The notes under the pieces are model-generated. The model saw nothing but the letters and a program-made list of their open reading frames with translations, searched no databases and was not told where the DNA came from. Positions 1 through 12,300 of a DNA stretch of 64,000 nt are shown in pieces. Position 1 is the first letter of the stretch, and every line of letters begins with the position of its first letter. Source of the stretch: an uncultured virus (IMG/VR IMGVR_UViG_3300030376_005178) (Duplodnaviria; Heunggongvirae; Uroviricota; Caudoviricetes); the IMG/VR virus record IMGVR_UViG_3300030376_005178; one strand, written 5' to 3'. Both the position numbers and the translations under genes were made by a program.

Positions 1-3000
1 AGTAGGAGCAGTGAAGTTTGCTGTGTACTTAGCAACTCCATACTCTACTCTAAAGTCATCTACCCAACCTGTAACAGCATTTGTTGTACCGTCAAAGTCA
101 GCACCAATTACTAAACCTTTAGATGAACCATAATCTGTAGTATCTGAAGTCTTAATACCTCTCTGAGTACCATCAACGAATAGTCTTGTGTCTGTACCAT
201 CTCTTGCGATAGCATAGTGCTTCCAAGCACCAGTAGCAATACCAGCACCAGATCCAGTGATAGCAGTTGTGTTACCAACTCTTAGGTCAACTTCACCAGC
301 AGCACGGTAAGCAAGACTTAAACCAGCAGTGTCAGATCCATTTGTTCTTAAGTCAAATAGAGTAGCACTAGAGAGTCCAGTTGTATTTGAGTATGCCCAG
401 AATTCAACTGTGAAGTCTGTGTTAGTACCAAATCCAAGATCTCCGCTAGAAGGAACACTGATAGAATCATTAGTACCATCTAACTTAAGTGATGCAGTAC
501 CAAACTTCTTAACAGAGGTGTCTAGTTGAGCACCATCATTAAATGTTACTGTCTTAGCAGTTCTGGAATTAAGAACTTCAAATCCAGTTTGCTTACCAGT
601 TACCTCTAAGTAAGTACCATCATAGTTAGAAACAACAGCAGTACCTAATCCAGTAGTACCATCAGTATCGTAAAGAGTAACAGTGTTACCAGTACCAACT
701 GTGGTAATACCAGTCAATCTTAATCTTGTCTTACCTGCAGAGTGGATACCAGCAGTTCCTGATACACCCTTAATCGCTTCAGAAGCAAAATAGGTGAATG
801 CGTTTAGGTACTCTACACGAGCACCGTTGGTCATTACAACACCCTGACTGTTAGGAACAATGAATGTAACCTCATTGAACAGCATCGCTGCCTCAATCGA
901 TCCTGAGGCAATCTGAGAACCATCTATATAAGCACCACCACCAGCAATGTATGATGATGGGTTAGAATCTGCAGAACCATAACCATATGGATCTGTAGCA
1001 GTTATATTACTACCTTTATTGAATACAGTTACACGCTGAACATATGGAGATCTGCTAGTAATAGCAATACCAGGTTGGAATTTGAATGCAAATCCTTCAT
1101 TCTCTGATGTATTAAAGTAGATATCAGCAATAGTTAAGTCTTCAACAACTGATCTATCGTTTAATAAGAATGCGTCCTTCTGTCTATAGTTGGCATCAAA
1201 TGGTATAACCTTAGTTGCACGAAGACCATTACCCTTAACAGTTACTCCCTTAGGAACTACTATTGGTAATTGCTCTGCATATACACCACCACCAATATTA
1301 ATTGTCTCATTTACTCCCCATGTCTCTGCTTTCTTACCAACATTAACTTCAAATGTAGTAGAGTTTATGATCCTAATAGAAGTTGTTACTCCAGAAATAG
1401 GGTCAGTTGCACGAGGATAACCATTAGTAGATGAGTATCCATCATAAGCACACTTGAAGAAGAATTTATTATCTACAAGTTTAACAGTATCACCCTCAGA
1501 TAATCCGTGAGGACCATTACAAATTACACCAAAATTACCACTGTGAGCATCATAGTATGTACCATTATCAGCTGACAATCCCTGTCCAACCTTAGTACCA
1601 CTCATGATCAGAACAGCACCAGGTGAATATCCACCAGCCCAAGTATGTTCGTAACAATCTGTTAGTTTAGCAATAGCCCACTTAATAGTCTTAAATGGTC
1701 TATCAGCACTACGACCACGAGAAACTTCATGATCGTCAACACCATGAGTATCAACATACCATACATCATCAGCAGGGTTAACAGTAGCAATACCAATCTG
1801 AGCAGGTTCTTTCCATACTAGTTCTCCAGAACCATTAGTACTCAACATATGCTGAGTATTAACACCAACAACTCCAGTAGAGTCATATAGTGAAGTTACA
1901 TAACCAGCACCAACCTTAAGATTTACAATATCTGCATTATTAACATCAATGACACCTGTGAAGGTTGCTGCAGTAGCAACAACGACATCAGTAACTGCTA
2001 ATCCAGTCAAGGATAAACTATCAGCACTTAAGTTAGTAACATGTGCCGTTGTAATAGTAGCATAAGTACCAACTAGAGATGTTACAACACCAGCAGTAAT
2101 CTTACCATCAAGAATATCAGCAGCATCTAAATGTGCTGTACCATCAATGTAAAGATCCTTCCATTCTTGAGTAGGAGCACCAAGGTTATAAGTATCGTCA
2201 TCATCAGGAATGAAACTAGAATCGATGTCAGCATTGAATACAATAGCATCGCTAGTAGAATCACCAAGACCAATTACACCACCTTGGAAAGTAACATTAC
2301 CAACGAAAGTAGATGCACCACCAACTCTGAAATCTCTTTCTACATCTAGACTATCGTTTAAGTCAACAAATCCAGTTACAGTAGCAGCACCAGATACTTG
2401 AATATCAGTAACAATACCAGAACCTATTGTGGCGGTTACAATATCAGCAGTATTAAAATCAACTGTCGTAATGGTCGCTGCAGTACCGACAACATCAGTA
2501 ACAGCAATTCCAGTAAAACTTAAATTATCAGCACTAAGAGTTGTTATATGTGCTGTTGTGATAGTAGCGTAAGTACCTACTAAAGAAGTAATAATACCAG
2601 CAGTAACTTTAGCATCAAGAATATCTGCAGCATCTAAATGTGCAGTACCATCAATGTAAATATCTTGCCATTCTCTATCTTCAGTACCTAGATCGTAAGT
2701 ATCATCAGCAGCAGGGTTAACTATCTGGTTAAATGTCCAAGCATTTCTTGATAGATCCCAATTAATAGTTTTGTCTGTAGTACCTTTAAGAGTTATACCA
2801 CCATCAGAAGCACTAGCATCACTAGGAGATCCAGTAGTAGTTACACCAAGTTCAATGTTTTTATCATTGACTTGCATAATTTGGGACTGAAGGTAAGACA
2901 TATTACCTTCAACATTAAGGTCACCCTTAATGAGAGTATCTCCAGTTACAGTTAAAGCACCACCAACTCTTATATCTCTAGTAACATCAACATCAGTAAT

Positions 3001-5385
3001 AGTTGCATAAGTACCAACTAAAGATGTTACAACACCAGCAGTGATCTTACCGTAAACGGCATCCATGTAATCAAAGTCTGCCTGAGTGTAAGTAACACCG
3101 AAACCAGACAGAGATGTAACAACACCAACTGTAATGTATGCATTAGTTGTAAGACCAACTTCATTGCGAAGATTGGTTATATCAAAGTCAGTTGCTAAAC
3201 CAGCAACAATCTTTGCTTGCTCAATATCAGCATTGATAAAGTCAACACTCTGAATAGTAGCAGCAGTACCAACTTGAACATCAAAGTTTAAGTCATCAAC
3301 ATAGGCAACACCATCAATGTGAATATCTTTCCACTGCTGAGTAGCACTACCAAGATCGTATGTATCGTCATCATCAGGAATAATATTAGAATCTACATCC
3401 GCATTAAATACGACATTATCAGTTATAGAATCACCAAGACCAATTGTACCACCATTGAATGTTACATTACCAGTGAAGGTGGTTGCACCACCGACTCTAA
3501 GGTCATTGGTAATATGTAAATCTTGAGTTGTTGAATAAGTACCAACCCAAGATGTTGAAATACCAGTGGTAATCTTAGCAAAGTTAATATCACCATTTTC
3601 AGAATCAAATACTGTTATCGTTGCATAAGTACCAACTTGAGATGTGATGATACCAGCAGTAATATATGCAGCTTCTATACCAGCACTATTGGTATCAATA
3701 ACTGGAAGAGTTGTAACACCAGTAATGTTGACATCACCATCCACATCGAGGAGGGCTGTTGGCGTGGTGGTCCCGATTCCGACCCAACCTTCCTTGTCAC
3801 CAGAAATCCACTTAACATCACCTGAACCAATTATTAATTGATCATCTTGCTCTGGATATCTAACATCTTGTCCTTTACCAATGATAACATTGTTACTACC
3901 AGTATTATGAGTACCAGCAGAGTTACCAATAGCAATATTGTCGTTACCGAAAACATTGTATAGAGCAAACGCACCAATAGCAATGTTATTGCTCTGGTTA
4001 GTTGATATACCAGCACCCCATAGTGCTTCTCTACCTATACCAATATTCTGCTCGTGATCTTCCTTACCACTATTTGTTGTGATACCTGATCTTATAACTA
4101 AGAATCCATAAGTATCTGTTAATCCAATAGTACCAGTGGATAGGTAGATAGCATCACCAACATCAGATAATAAACCAAAATCATCCTGTCCTTTAACTGT
4201 AAATTGCTGACCAATTAATTTTGCTAAGTGAGCATTAGTACAAGTACCAATATTAAATGATAGGTTACCAGTAACAGCATTGTTAATTGTTCCTAGGTCA
4301 CCTAGTTGGTCAATAGCAATTGCCCAGTCACCACCCTGTAGGTTAGCGAAGTTATCTGTAGAACCATAGACTCTGTAATCGTATGGATCATTTGAAAGTG
4401 AACTAGTGTCAGAGAATGAAATACTACTGACATCACCAGTCTCACCATAAGTGATAATAGACTGTGAACCTAAATCCTGTCCAACCTTGTCACCAATATA
4501 GATGTTATGTGAACCTTCTGCTTCTTGTCCTGCAAAGTTACCAAAGAATATATTAGAATCTGCTTTAGTTACACCACCCTTTTGGAAGGCACTTTGACCA
4601 ATAGCAATGTTTCTCTTAGTTTGAGTTCCTAAACCAGCCTGATTACCAGCCCAGTTACCAATGAACATACCCTGACGATCAGTACCGTCAGTTTCTAATT
4701 TACCTGCTTCTCTACCAATTCTTATTAATTGCGTTCTGAAATCGTAGTTATTCTCAATAGTTGAGATACCACTGATTGTTAAATTTCTAGTTGTAGTAGC
4801 ATGACTTACATTGATCTGCTCAAACTGTGCAGATGTAGAATTGAAATCATTAAATGTAGCACCAACACCAGCAAGAGCACTGATAAGACCAACTCTGTTT
4901 TGTAGATAAGGGGTGTCAAATACTCCAGTAACATTAAGAGTGGGTGCAGTTGCAACACCAGTTATATTCCAATTTCTTGCGTTTACTTCATCGTATGTTA
5001 AATCGCCTGTAACATCTAAATTACCAGCAACAGATAGATTTCCTGATACAGTGGCTGCAGCACCTACTAGAAGGTCTGTAGCTACACTCCAGGTGTCAAT
5101 CTTACCTGATGGGTTAAGAATAACTGCTTTAGATGCAGTTGGTTTACCGAAGTCAGCAGGGTTATCTGGTAACATATCGGTGTAATACTCACCACCGATT
5201 GCTATAGGAGCATTTGTATTACCGTCTGGATGACCAATATATAATTTCTTGTAAGACTTACCAGCACCTACATTTGTAATATCATAGGTGTATACTAATT
5301 CACCAAACGATACACCAGTTCCAACTGGTGCTGCGGTAGGAGGTGAAGTTCCTTTAGTCCTTTTTAAAAGAATCGTTGCTGACAT
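1..5385 (-). CDS. Large tail fibre / virion fibre protein (>1795 aa, runs off the left edge; absent from the ORF track)
   Basis: ATG at 5385 overlaps the upstream stop (TAATG). It reads MSATILLKRTKGTSPPTAAPVGTGVSFGELVYTYD...KKLYIGHPDG, an Mtd_N-like fibre N-terminus. The same frame at position 1 reads GWVDDFRVEYGVAKYTANFTAPT (LamG/concanavalin-like end). Both ends and sampled internal stretches translated by hand; not every codon checked. Confidence 0.85.
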   Translation of the reverse strand, partial: MSATILLKRTKGTSPPTAAPVGTGVSFGELVYTYDITNVGAGKSYKKLYIGHPDGNTNAPIAIGGEYYTDMLPDNPADFGKPTASKAVILNPSGKIDTWSVATDLLVGAAATVSGNLSVAGNLDVTGDLTYDEVNARNWNITGVATAPTLNVTGVFDTPYLQNRVGLISALAGVGATFNDFNSTSAQFEQINVSHATTTRNLTISGISTIENNYDFRTQLIRIGREAGKLETDGTDRQGMFIGNWAGNQAGLGTQTKRNIAIGQSAFQKGGVTKADSNIFFGNFAGQEAEGSHNIYIGDKVGQDLGSQSIITYGETGDVSSISFSDTSSLSNDPYDYRVYGSTDNFANLQGGDWAIAIDQLGDLGTINNAVTGNLSFNIGTCTNAHLAKLIGQQFTVKGQDDFGLLSDVGDAIYLSTGTIGLTDTYGFLVIRSGITTNSGKEDHEQNIGIGREALWGAGISTNQSNNIAIGAFALYNVFGNDNIAIGNSAGTHNTGSNNVIIGKGQDVRYPEQDDQLIIGSGDVKWISGDKEGWVGIGTTTPTALLDVDGDVNITGVTTLPVIDTNSAGIEAAYITAGIITSQVGTYATITVFDSENGDINFAKITTGISTSWVGTYSTTQDLHITNDLRVGGATTFTGNVTFNGGTIGLGDSITDNVVFNADVDSNIIPDDDDTYDLGSATQQWKDIHIDGVAYVDDLNFDVQVGTAATIQSVDFINADIEQAKIVAGLATDFDITNLRNEVGLTTNAYITVGVVTSLSGFGVTYTQADFDYMDAVYGKITAGVVTSLVGTYATITDVDVTRDIRVGGALTVTGDTLIKGDLNVEGNMSYLQSQIMQVNDKNIELGVTTTGSPSDASASDGGITLKGTTDKTINWDLSRNAWTFNQIVNPAADDTYDLGTEDREWQDIYIDGTAHLDAADILDAKVTAGIITSLVGTYATITTAHITTLSADNLSFTGIAVTDVVGTAATITTVDFNTADIVTATIGSGIVTDIQVSGAATVTGFVDLNDSLDVERDFRVGGASTFVGNVTFQGGVIGLGDSTSDAIVFNADIDSSFIPDDDDTYNLGAPTQEWKDLYIDGTAHLDAADILDGKITAGVVTSLVGTYATITTAHVTNLSADSLSLTGLAVTDVVVATAATFTGVIDVNNADIVNLKVGAGYVTSLYDSTGVVGVNTQHMLSTNGSGELVWKEPAQIGIATVNPADDVWYVDTHGVDDHEVSRGRSADRPFKTIKWAIAKLTDCYEHTWAGGYSPGAVLIMSGTKVGQGLSADNGTYYDAHSGNFGVICNGPHGLSEGDTVKLVDNKFFFKCAYDGYSSTNGYPRATDPISGVTTSIRIINSTTFEVNVGKKAETWGVNETINIGGGVYAEQLPIVVPKGVTVKGNGLRATKVIPFDANYRQKDAFLLNDRSVVEDLTIADIYFNTSENEGFAFKFQPGIAITSRSPYVQRVTVFNKGSNITATDPYGYGSADSNPSSYIAGGGAYIDGSQIASGSIEAAMLFNEVTFIVPNSQGVVMTNGARVEYLNAFTYFASEAIKGVSGTAGIHSAGKTRLRLTGITTVGTGNTVTLYDTDGTTGLGTAVVSNYDGTYLEVTGKQTGFEVLNSRTAKTVTFNDGAQLDTSVKKFGTASLKLDGTNDSISVPSSGDLGFGTNTDFTVEFWAYSNTTGLSSATLFDLRTNGSDTAGLSLAYRAAGEVDLRVGNTTAITGSGAGIATGAWKHYAIARDGTDTRLFVDGTQRGIKTSDTTDYGSSKGLVIGADFDGTTNAVTGWVDDFRVEYGVAKYTANFTAPT
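2019..3500 (-). repeat. Internal coding duplications within the fibre gene
   Basis: ~150-bp near-duplicates at ~2019-2167 and ~2527-2675 (both contain gcagcatctaaatgtgc..gtaccatcaatgtaaa). Further partial copies at ~3001-3050 and ~3310-3500, the latter similar to ~2140-2330. Confidence 0.75.
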
Positions 5386-5600
5386 TAGTATTCCCCTCCA
5401 TCAACTGTAGTGGATGGTAAAGTAGTTTGTGTTATAAATTTTGCGGATGCTGAGTCGTAGACCAGAAAACTACCATTGGTTAAGGCATTCGCATTAACAT
5501 CTGAAAGTAAAACTAGTTTACCTCCTCCTCCACCGCCTCCTAATGAGCCGCTGGCAATAACCTTAACTTGGCTACCAGTACCAATTCGTAAAGATGGCAT
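5385..5600 (-). CDS. Small virion/fibre-associated protein
   Basis: 71 aa with a Gly run, LxxLxDV motif and C-terminal DGGEY typical of cyanophage fibre accessory proteins; coupled to both neighbours. Confidence 0.65.
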   Translation of the reverse strand: MPSLRIGTGSQVKVIASGSLGGGGGGGKLVLLSDVNANALTNGSFLVYDSASAKFITQTTLPSTTVDGGEY

Positions 5601-5935
5601 TACCTTGTTACCCCTGCTCTAACATTGACCATTCCTTCAACGACTTTTACCTTACTTGTGCCGTCATCCAAAACAACATCATAAAGGTAACGACCAGGTT
5701 TAATATCGGTTGTTATAGTTGATGCCATAGAGATCTGAATTTCTCCTTCTAAGGCACTAGATACAGTCGATGCAAAAGAAACAGCAGTGCTGCTTCCTGC
5801 CCATTTACGCAGTTGTGAAGTTACCGTGAAACCTGCTAGATTTAGGGTAGTATTATTATCATTATCACCAAGGGCAAATAAATGCTCAAAATCAGTACCC
5901 GATTCAATCTGCAAATTAGCGACATATACTGCCAT
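5600..5935 (-). CDS. Conserved cyanophage virion structural protein
   Basis: 111 aa, ...IKPGRYLYDVVL...KVVEGMVNV pattern; late-promoter-like CTAAATA just upstream. Confidence 0.7.
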   Translation of the reverse strand: MAVYVANLQIESGTDFEHLFALGDNDNNTTLNLAGFTVTSQLRKWAGSSTAVSFASTVSSALEGEIQISMASTITTDIKPGRYLYDVVLDDGTSKVKVVEGMVNVRAGVTR

Positions 5936-5955
5936 CTTGTATGCTGACTATTATC

Positions 5956-6132
5956 CTATAAGGTATTTAGTTTCTTTATCTCTACTACAATCTCTGTAAG
6001 TGCATCAATTTTATTATGGAGTCTATCTATATCATTTCTTAATATCTCAAGATCGGACATTGAAGCAGGATTTGCTTCACAATCATCACTTCCGTAATGA
6101 TATCTTAGGAACTCACTAGGTCCGTTTCTCAT
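5956..6132 (-). CDS. Small hypothetical protein (58 aa, coiled-coil C-terminus; below the track cutoff)
   Basis: MRNGPSEFLRYHYGSDDCEANPASMSDLEILRNDIDRLHNKIDALTEIVVEIKKLNTL*; ATGA overlap with 6129..6326. Confidence 0.6.
   Translation of the reverse strand: MRNGPSEFLRYHYGSDDCEANPASMSDLEILRNDIDRLHNKIDALTEIVVEIKKLNTL
5964..5970 (-). promoter_or_regulatory. Late-promoter-like CTAAATA
   Basis: Variant of the T4 late promoter TATAAATA, ~30 nt upstream of the ATG at 5935. Confidence 0.5.
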
Positions 6133-6326
6133 AATTTAGATGTAATTTTTGCAAGCATCTCCTTTATCTCAGAGATCTCTTTCTTCATATTATTTAGTTC
6201 TTCTTTTTCCAATTCTTTTTTTGATTTTTGTTTCATATAAGCAGAATAACCAGAGCTATCATTGTTGATGATAGCTCCAGTTTTCTCGTCTCGATATAAA
6301 TTTGGATGTCCTTCTACCTGAATCAT
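6129..6326 (-). CDS. Conserved cyanophage hypothetical protein
   Basis: MIQVEGHPNLYRDEKTGAIIN... followed by a coiled coil; ATGA-coupled to the 2432-aa gene. Confidence 0.75.
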   Translation of the reverse strand: MIQVEGHPNLYRDEKTGAIINNDSSGYSAYMKQKSKKELEKEELNNMKKEISEIKEMLAKITSKL

Positions 6327-9300
6327 GCTAATGCCAGTGCTCTAATGTTCTTAAGAACTGGAACCTCCGCTTGGTTAGTTCCGTTCATCACAACCTTAAT
6401 GACGAATCCACTGAATGGCTCTAGATCATTAATAGTGTATTGATATTCCTTAAAGGCATCACCAGGAGTGACAAGCTTGTCAGGACGACCATCATTTTTA
6501 GAAATGTCAATTGGAGTATCTCCAAATCCATCTCCAGTAGTATCGACACTATTCTTATACCCTGGGAAGAGTACAAACTTTTGATCGACTTCACTACTAT
6601 CTGGTCTAATCAAACTATACAAGACTCTAAAGTCAGTAGATGCTGGTCTGAAAGCATCAAAAAGAACTTTTAATGAAGTTGCTGGTTGCTTGATGTTAAT
6701 CACCCTAGAAACATAGTAGGATGTATGAGCATCTCCATATAGAACATTAACCCTTGAATCGGTAGCATAGCTATCGTCGTCAATTGGTTTATTAATTCTA
6801 TTTGAAGAGAACTTCATTGCCATTGTGTCTAAGCAAATCATAGGAGAACTATGGAAGTTTCCACCATTGCTTATAGCAACTCTAGCAGTTAAAGATCTAT
6901 TTCTAAACAGATTTGTTAACCTAGCATTTTCATTAACCTCTGATGCAACAATCCTAGTATCAGGAAGTTTCGTTGGTTGATTAAGAACATAATTCTCAAA
7001 TCCTTTATCAATAAAGGATGATTCTGCTCCATCAATACTAGTTCCACTTACGGTTCTGACACTTAAATTGACAGTATCGGATGGACCTGGTGCTGTAATA
7101 TCAAATAGTGGAGTAATAAGATCATACTGCATATTTTTAGATGCATGTGCGTGATCTCCACCAACATAAGTGTCATTACTAAAGGAGAGTTGAGGTTGTG
7201 ATAGACCTGAAATGTCAGTAGTTCTACCTTCACGATCAATCTTAATTAGGAAGTCATCCATATTTCTCTGTAATGGAGAAACATCATGTTCCTTATTGAT
7301 CTTACTTAAACCAATTCCACCAGATTCATATTTCTGAATGATGGATCCTTCAGCATGATTGATAGACTGAGTATTATCTACTCCTCTAACAATACCACTT
7401 AGAGTGTTAATACCAACAGTTGTGTAGGAAATAACCTCATTATTAATCTTAGCATAACCTGTATTAGCAGCACTAACAAGTACTCCTTCAAATACATTAA
7501 ATCCAGTACTATCTCCAACAGCAATACTACTGCTAGTAGAGTTGACTACAGTTGAAGTAACTGTAGGCGAAGTATCTGGTGCAGCACCACTAATTGCTAC
7601 CTTATTACCAGTACCATACATTCCATGATTGAAGTAAGATACTCTTGCATATTCTCCAGTGTTGACACTACCAGTTTCGTCATATCTAGTAACATTAATA
7701 CCAGATGCTGCTTTGATAGTTCCAGCTTCGTGGAAGTAATTAACTCCTTGACCAACGGTAAACTCTTCTGCCTGAACATTTGTTAGATAAAGTGTATCTA
7801 AACCAACAAGAGAACTAATACCAATTCTGCATCCAGAACCAGAACCACTCATGTCAGCAGTTACAACACCAACAATGTCACCAACTTGATATCCTTGACC
7901 TTCTTCTAGAACAGTACATGCTGTTATTGGTGAAGCACCAGTACCAACAGTTACACCTAGTTTTAGTCCAGAACCCTGTCCAGTAATAGCAAATGTGCCA
8001 ACTGAAGCAGCAGGAGTTCCATAATTTGTTCCATTAGTGTTAATTCCAACTCCAAGTGGACCTGTTTTCTTAACTGGACCTCCTTGACTTTCGATATAAC
8101 CATAACGATAAGTAGCAGAATCTGTTACTTTTCTTCCAGGAGCAAATACAGTACCTATAAAACCAGGAGTGGTCGTTGTTGTGATTCCAAGTGAAGCTTT
8201 CTTAGGAAGAGCATGAATTGGATTCTTATTCAACGCAGGTAATATACCATTATTAGGTCTAATCGGTGGGTTTTGGAATGTAACCACAGCAGCATCTGAA
8301 GTAAATTCTGCTCTATAAAGTTTAAAGCATAAATCTTCAAATTGGCATGGAGTCCATGTAGAGGCATTTTGTGACCTAAACATAGATCCTACTGAGAATT
8401 GGTTACTATAAACCTTTCCTGCAGCACTAGGTAGTGACTGAGCATTAAGTGCAGTCTGTCCCATCTCTGCTGTAAAGACCTCGTAAGTATTCGTAGGTGC
8501 AGCACATATTAAAGCATATTCTGTTGACGGTTCCAGATATATTGGACTGGAGAACTTGACATTAGTTGGAACTGAAGCATCTAGGGACAAGTTAATGTCA
8601 TTTGATGTTAAAGTTACCCTAGCATCAGGAGAAACTAATCTCTTAGTAGGGAATCCTAAGTTCATCTCCCTCAGTTCAACAAACACAGGAACTGTTGGAT
8701 CAGCCATGGTAGCAAAGAATATGTCAACCGAAGTTACATATGCACCATATTGATCAACTGTAAATGATTGTGCCAATGGGTCATCATTGTCATCAGCCTG
8801 TGGAGGAGCAGGTACAGGAACAGGTACGGGCTGTATAATTGTACGCTCTTCTACCACAGTAACAGTGTTGTCAATAACAGTTGTGTTATTGATAATAACT
8901 GGGGGTGGTGGTGGAGGTGGTGGGGGCGGTCTACGGTTTACAAAGGTAAGACTTACATCTCTCTGTATTGTCGTCGTTTCTAGAGTCGTAACTCTAACAT
9001 CGGTCTGTACAAGTCGTGTAGTTCCAACTGCTGTATAAGTCGCAGTAGCAGAAGATATAGCACTACTACCTCTCAATCCTGCAGCATTAATAGAACTAGA
9101 TGATACTTTAAATTCTCTTTCACCAGTCCTTACCCTAGCAAGTGGTGTAGGTGAAGCAAATGGATCTCTAATCCATACACAAGCAGTAAGATCACCATAA
9201 TCATCTGCCCACAATTGGAGAGATTGTATTGTTGCTTGAGCACCACTAGTTTCACCAGATATAACAGTTCCTACAGGAAGATATCCAAAGAAATCACCCT

Positions 9301-12300
9301 GAGGTGCAGCAGCTAAAGCAGTTGTGTCTATATTAAGTGTGGTAGAACCTTGAGAATACGCTGTAGGTAATGTCTCATTCCTATCTAATGGATTAACTTC
9401 ATAGGAAGTTACTGGAGAAGCAAACGGACCTGTTTTATGGTCTGGTCTACAAATCCTCATTCTGTAAGTTTCGCCATTAACTAAAGCACTGATAGTTTCA
9501 CCAACAGTAAATGCACCAACAACATTTTCTATCCCTATAATCTTAGGGATAACATCAACATTTCCAAGTTCATCAAAGAATGTGAAGAATCTTGCATTTG
9601 GTCTTAATCCAGTTACCTTATATTCAATATTTCTAGATCTAATAAACGGATCAAATTCTTCACTAGCAATATAAGTGTTTCTTGATTCAATATCATCTCT
9701 TTCTACACCAGATACAAATTCATTTGTACTTGCTGATAATTCGTCTTGTCCAAATCCACCATCAATAGTTTGAGCACTAACTCTTGTATCATAAGAAGTT
9801 CTTCTAATAACTTGAGTTGTAAGTGTTTCAGTTCTTTCGGTATTGATCCAGTTATCACTAGTTGGACTTAATTTTAAATCCCCAGTATAACTATAAACTA
9901 AGAATGGATTAAGGTTCTCTACCCTAGTAGCAAAATTCTGCTCAACAAAAACTCTCTCATCATATTTGAGAGTAACCATTCTACCTGTCTTCTGAGCATT
10001 CTCATCCAACAAAGCAAAATCTTGAGAGAAATCTAATGATTCAGGAGGTTGCTGTGTAGATGGTAAAACTGACATGTCAATAGAACTCAAGTCAGTCAGA
10101 GGTTTCATATGTCCTCTATCAAAATCAACATCTACTGGAGATGCTATATCAATAAATGCTTTACTCTTAAGACCGTCAGCAAAGAAACCACTCTTAAATC
10201 TATCTAAACCATCAGCATCTTTAACTTGTAAAGTTTCAACCTTTTGCTCTAATAATGATAATGTAGTAACATTCTCTATATGTTCAAGTCTATCTTCTAT
10301 CCGACCAATATCACGCATTGTATAGCGACGATTATCGATCAAAAATACCCTAGCACTTGTAGTAGCATACAAATAAGGAGGCCAAACAATAGTCGCTAGT
10401 GTCATTGCACTAGGATCATCAGCAGGTGGTTTAGGATTATTTGATGGAATTCCTTTATCAACTATTATGTTACCACTTGTTTTAAGGATAACCTTATCCA
10501 TCCTTCCAAAATAATGCTTATACTTAAATCTAGAACTTTCATTTGGAGTTACAATTCTAGAGTTAGTAGCAATAGTGTCTCTATTTGATGGATAGAATGG
10601 AGATACAGATGCACTGCCAGGAACAAATGTAGCAACTCTAGGTCTAAAATCAAGTGTATCAGATGCTCTAATAGAAGACTTTCCTATAGATGGAATGTCT
10701 TTACTAAATCTTTCTGCATCATAACTATTGACAGTAAATACATCTCCAACATCTGAAGATGGAATTTCATATCTATCAAGAACAATTAAAAGTCTTTGAG
10801 ATGGAATATAGTTCTCATTAACTCTAACTAATCTTGAGTAATCATAATATTGATCTTTTTGTCCTTTATCTAAAGTAAATGAATCGGTTACATCCTTATA
10901 ATTTCCAACAACTGCTGATTGTAAAGTAGCAGAACTATTAGACTCTTGGAATAAAAGAGTTTCTAAAAGCTGGAATCTATCAGTTGTTTTATATACAATA
11001 CTAATACTACTTGAACCTTGATTAATCTCTACAATTCTTGCAACAGCATTTGTATTCTCACCTACTATAGATTCCCCGACAATAGCATTTGTAAAAATGG
11101 GGTCAGTAGATGTAAATATTAACTTGTCATAAGTTGGTTTTAATTTATTTTGGGATTCATAAACTGCTACTATATTTGCAACATCAGGATAATTCAAACA
11201 AATCTCTTCATCTTGAATTCGTATACCATATAGACCACTAATTGTTAATCCATCATCTAAAGTCTGTCCTGCAGTTCCACCAGATCCTGTTTTGGATGAA
11301 TATATAATTTCTACTTCTTGACTTCTCTTATATTCCTTAGTTTTATTCTTAATGTTACTCTTAGCAACTGTTACATTAACTTTAATGTTGCTTTGAGAAA
11401 ACGCTAATCCTTTAATGGTTAATACGCTATCAGTAACTGTTACTTGATCTTGTCCTATAGAAGCAACAACACCAGTACTATATTGTACTTGATATCTTTC
11501 TTGATCGAATGATACAAAATTACAATCTGGAACACTAAGAGAACTGCTATTAACAACTAAAGTTCCATTACCATCAGTAGATTCTCCAGTTACTTGATCA
11601 GAAATTATAAGTTGTGCATCACTAAAATCAATATCAGATATATGATTTTTAGGAAGTTTTAAATATAATCCTGCATTTTCTTCATTAGTTAACTGTTGTT
11701 CACCTTTAAATATTGGACCTGTATATGTGCTGCCTGGAAGGGATCCAGTAAACAAGTTAGGATTAGTTGTCAAAGCAGCTAATCTCATACTTCCACCATC
11801 ATTAGCAACATAAGATACTACATTACGATTGGGTAAAGATTGACCAGATCTTCTATAGATTACAACATCACCTGGTTTAAATCTTTCAAATGTTCTACCA
11901 GTACAAGTTACATCACCGTTAGTAGCAATCTCAACAGGATCACTTTCCTTTAAACCATAAGGTACTGCTTCATTTAATTTTTTCTTAGCATAGAATGTAT
12001 TAGCCTGTTGAACATTTTCAACATTATTCATATTATAAGTAATAACCTTATCAACAACTCTTGATAAGTTTAAATTACTTCTGAATTTAATTTTCTCTCC
12101 AGCTTGGAATTTACCAGATACTTGAGTTAAAGTAACTGTACTAGATCCAGCACCTGCAGCAACTGTATATCCTGTAGCACCACTTTCCGTACCTTCAACA
12201 TATGCAGATTGAATTACCTCATCATTAGAAACATTATCATTTACAAATAATTTTGTATATAATTGGACATCATAAAGATAAGCATCAAACTCTGTTGAAT

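Noticed and set aside
1..5385. Diversity-generating retroelement suggested by the Mtd_N-like fibre start and internal repeats
   Set aside because: No reverse transcriptase in the window, and the duplicated blocks differ mostly at synonymous positions rather than only at adenines
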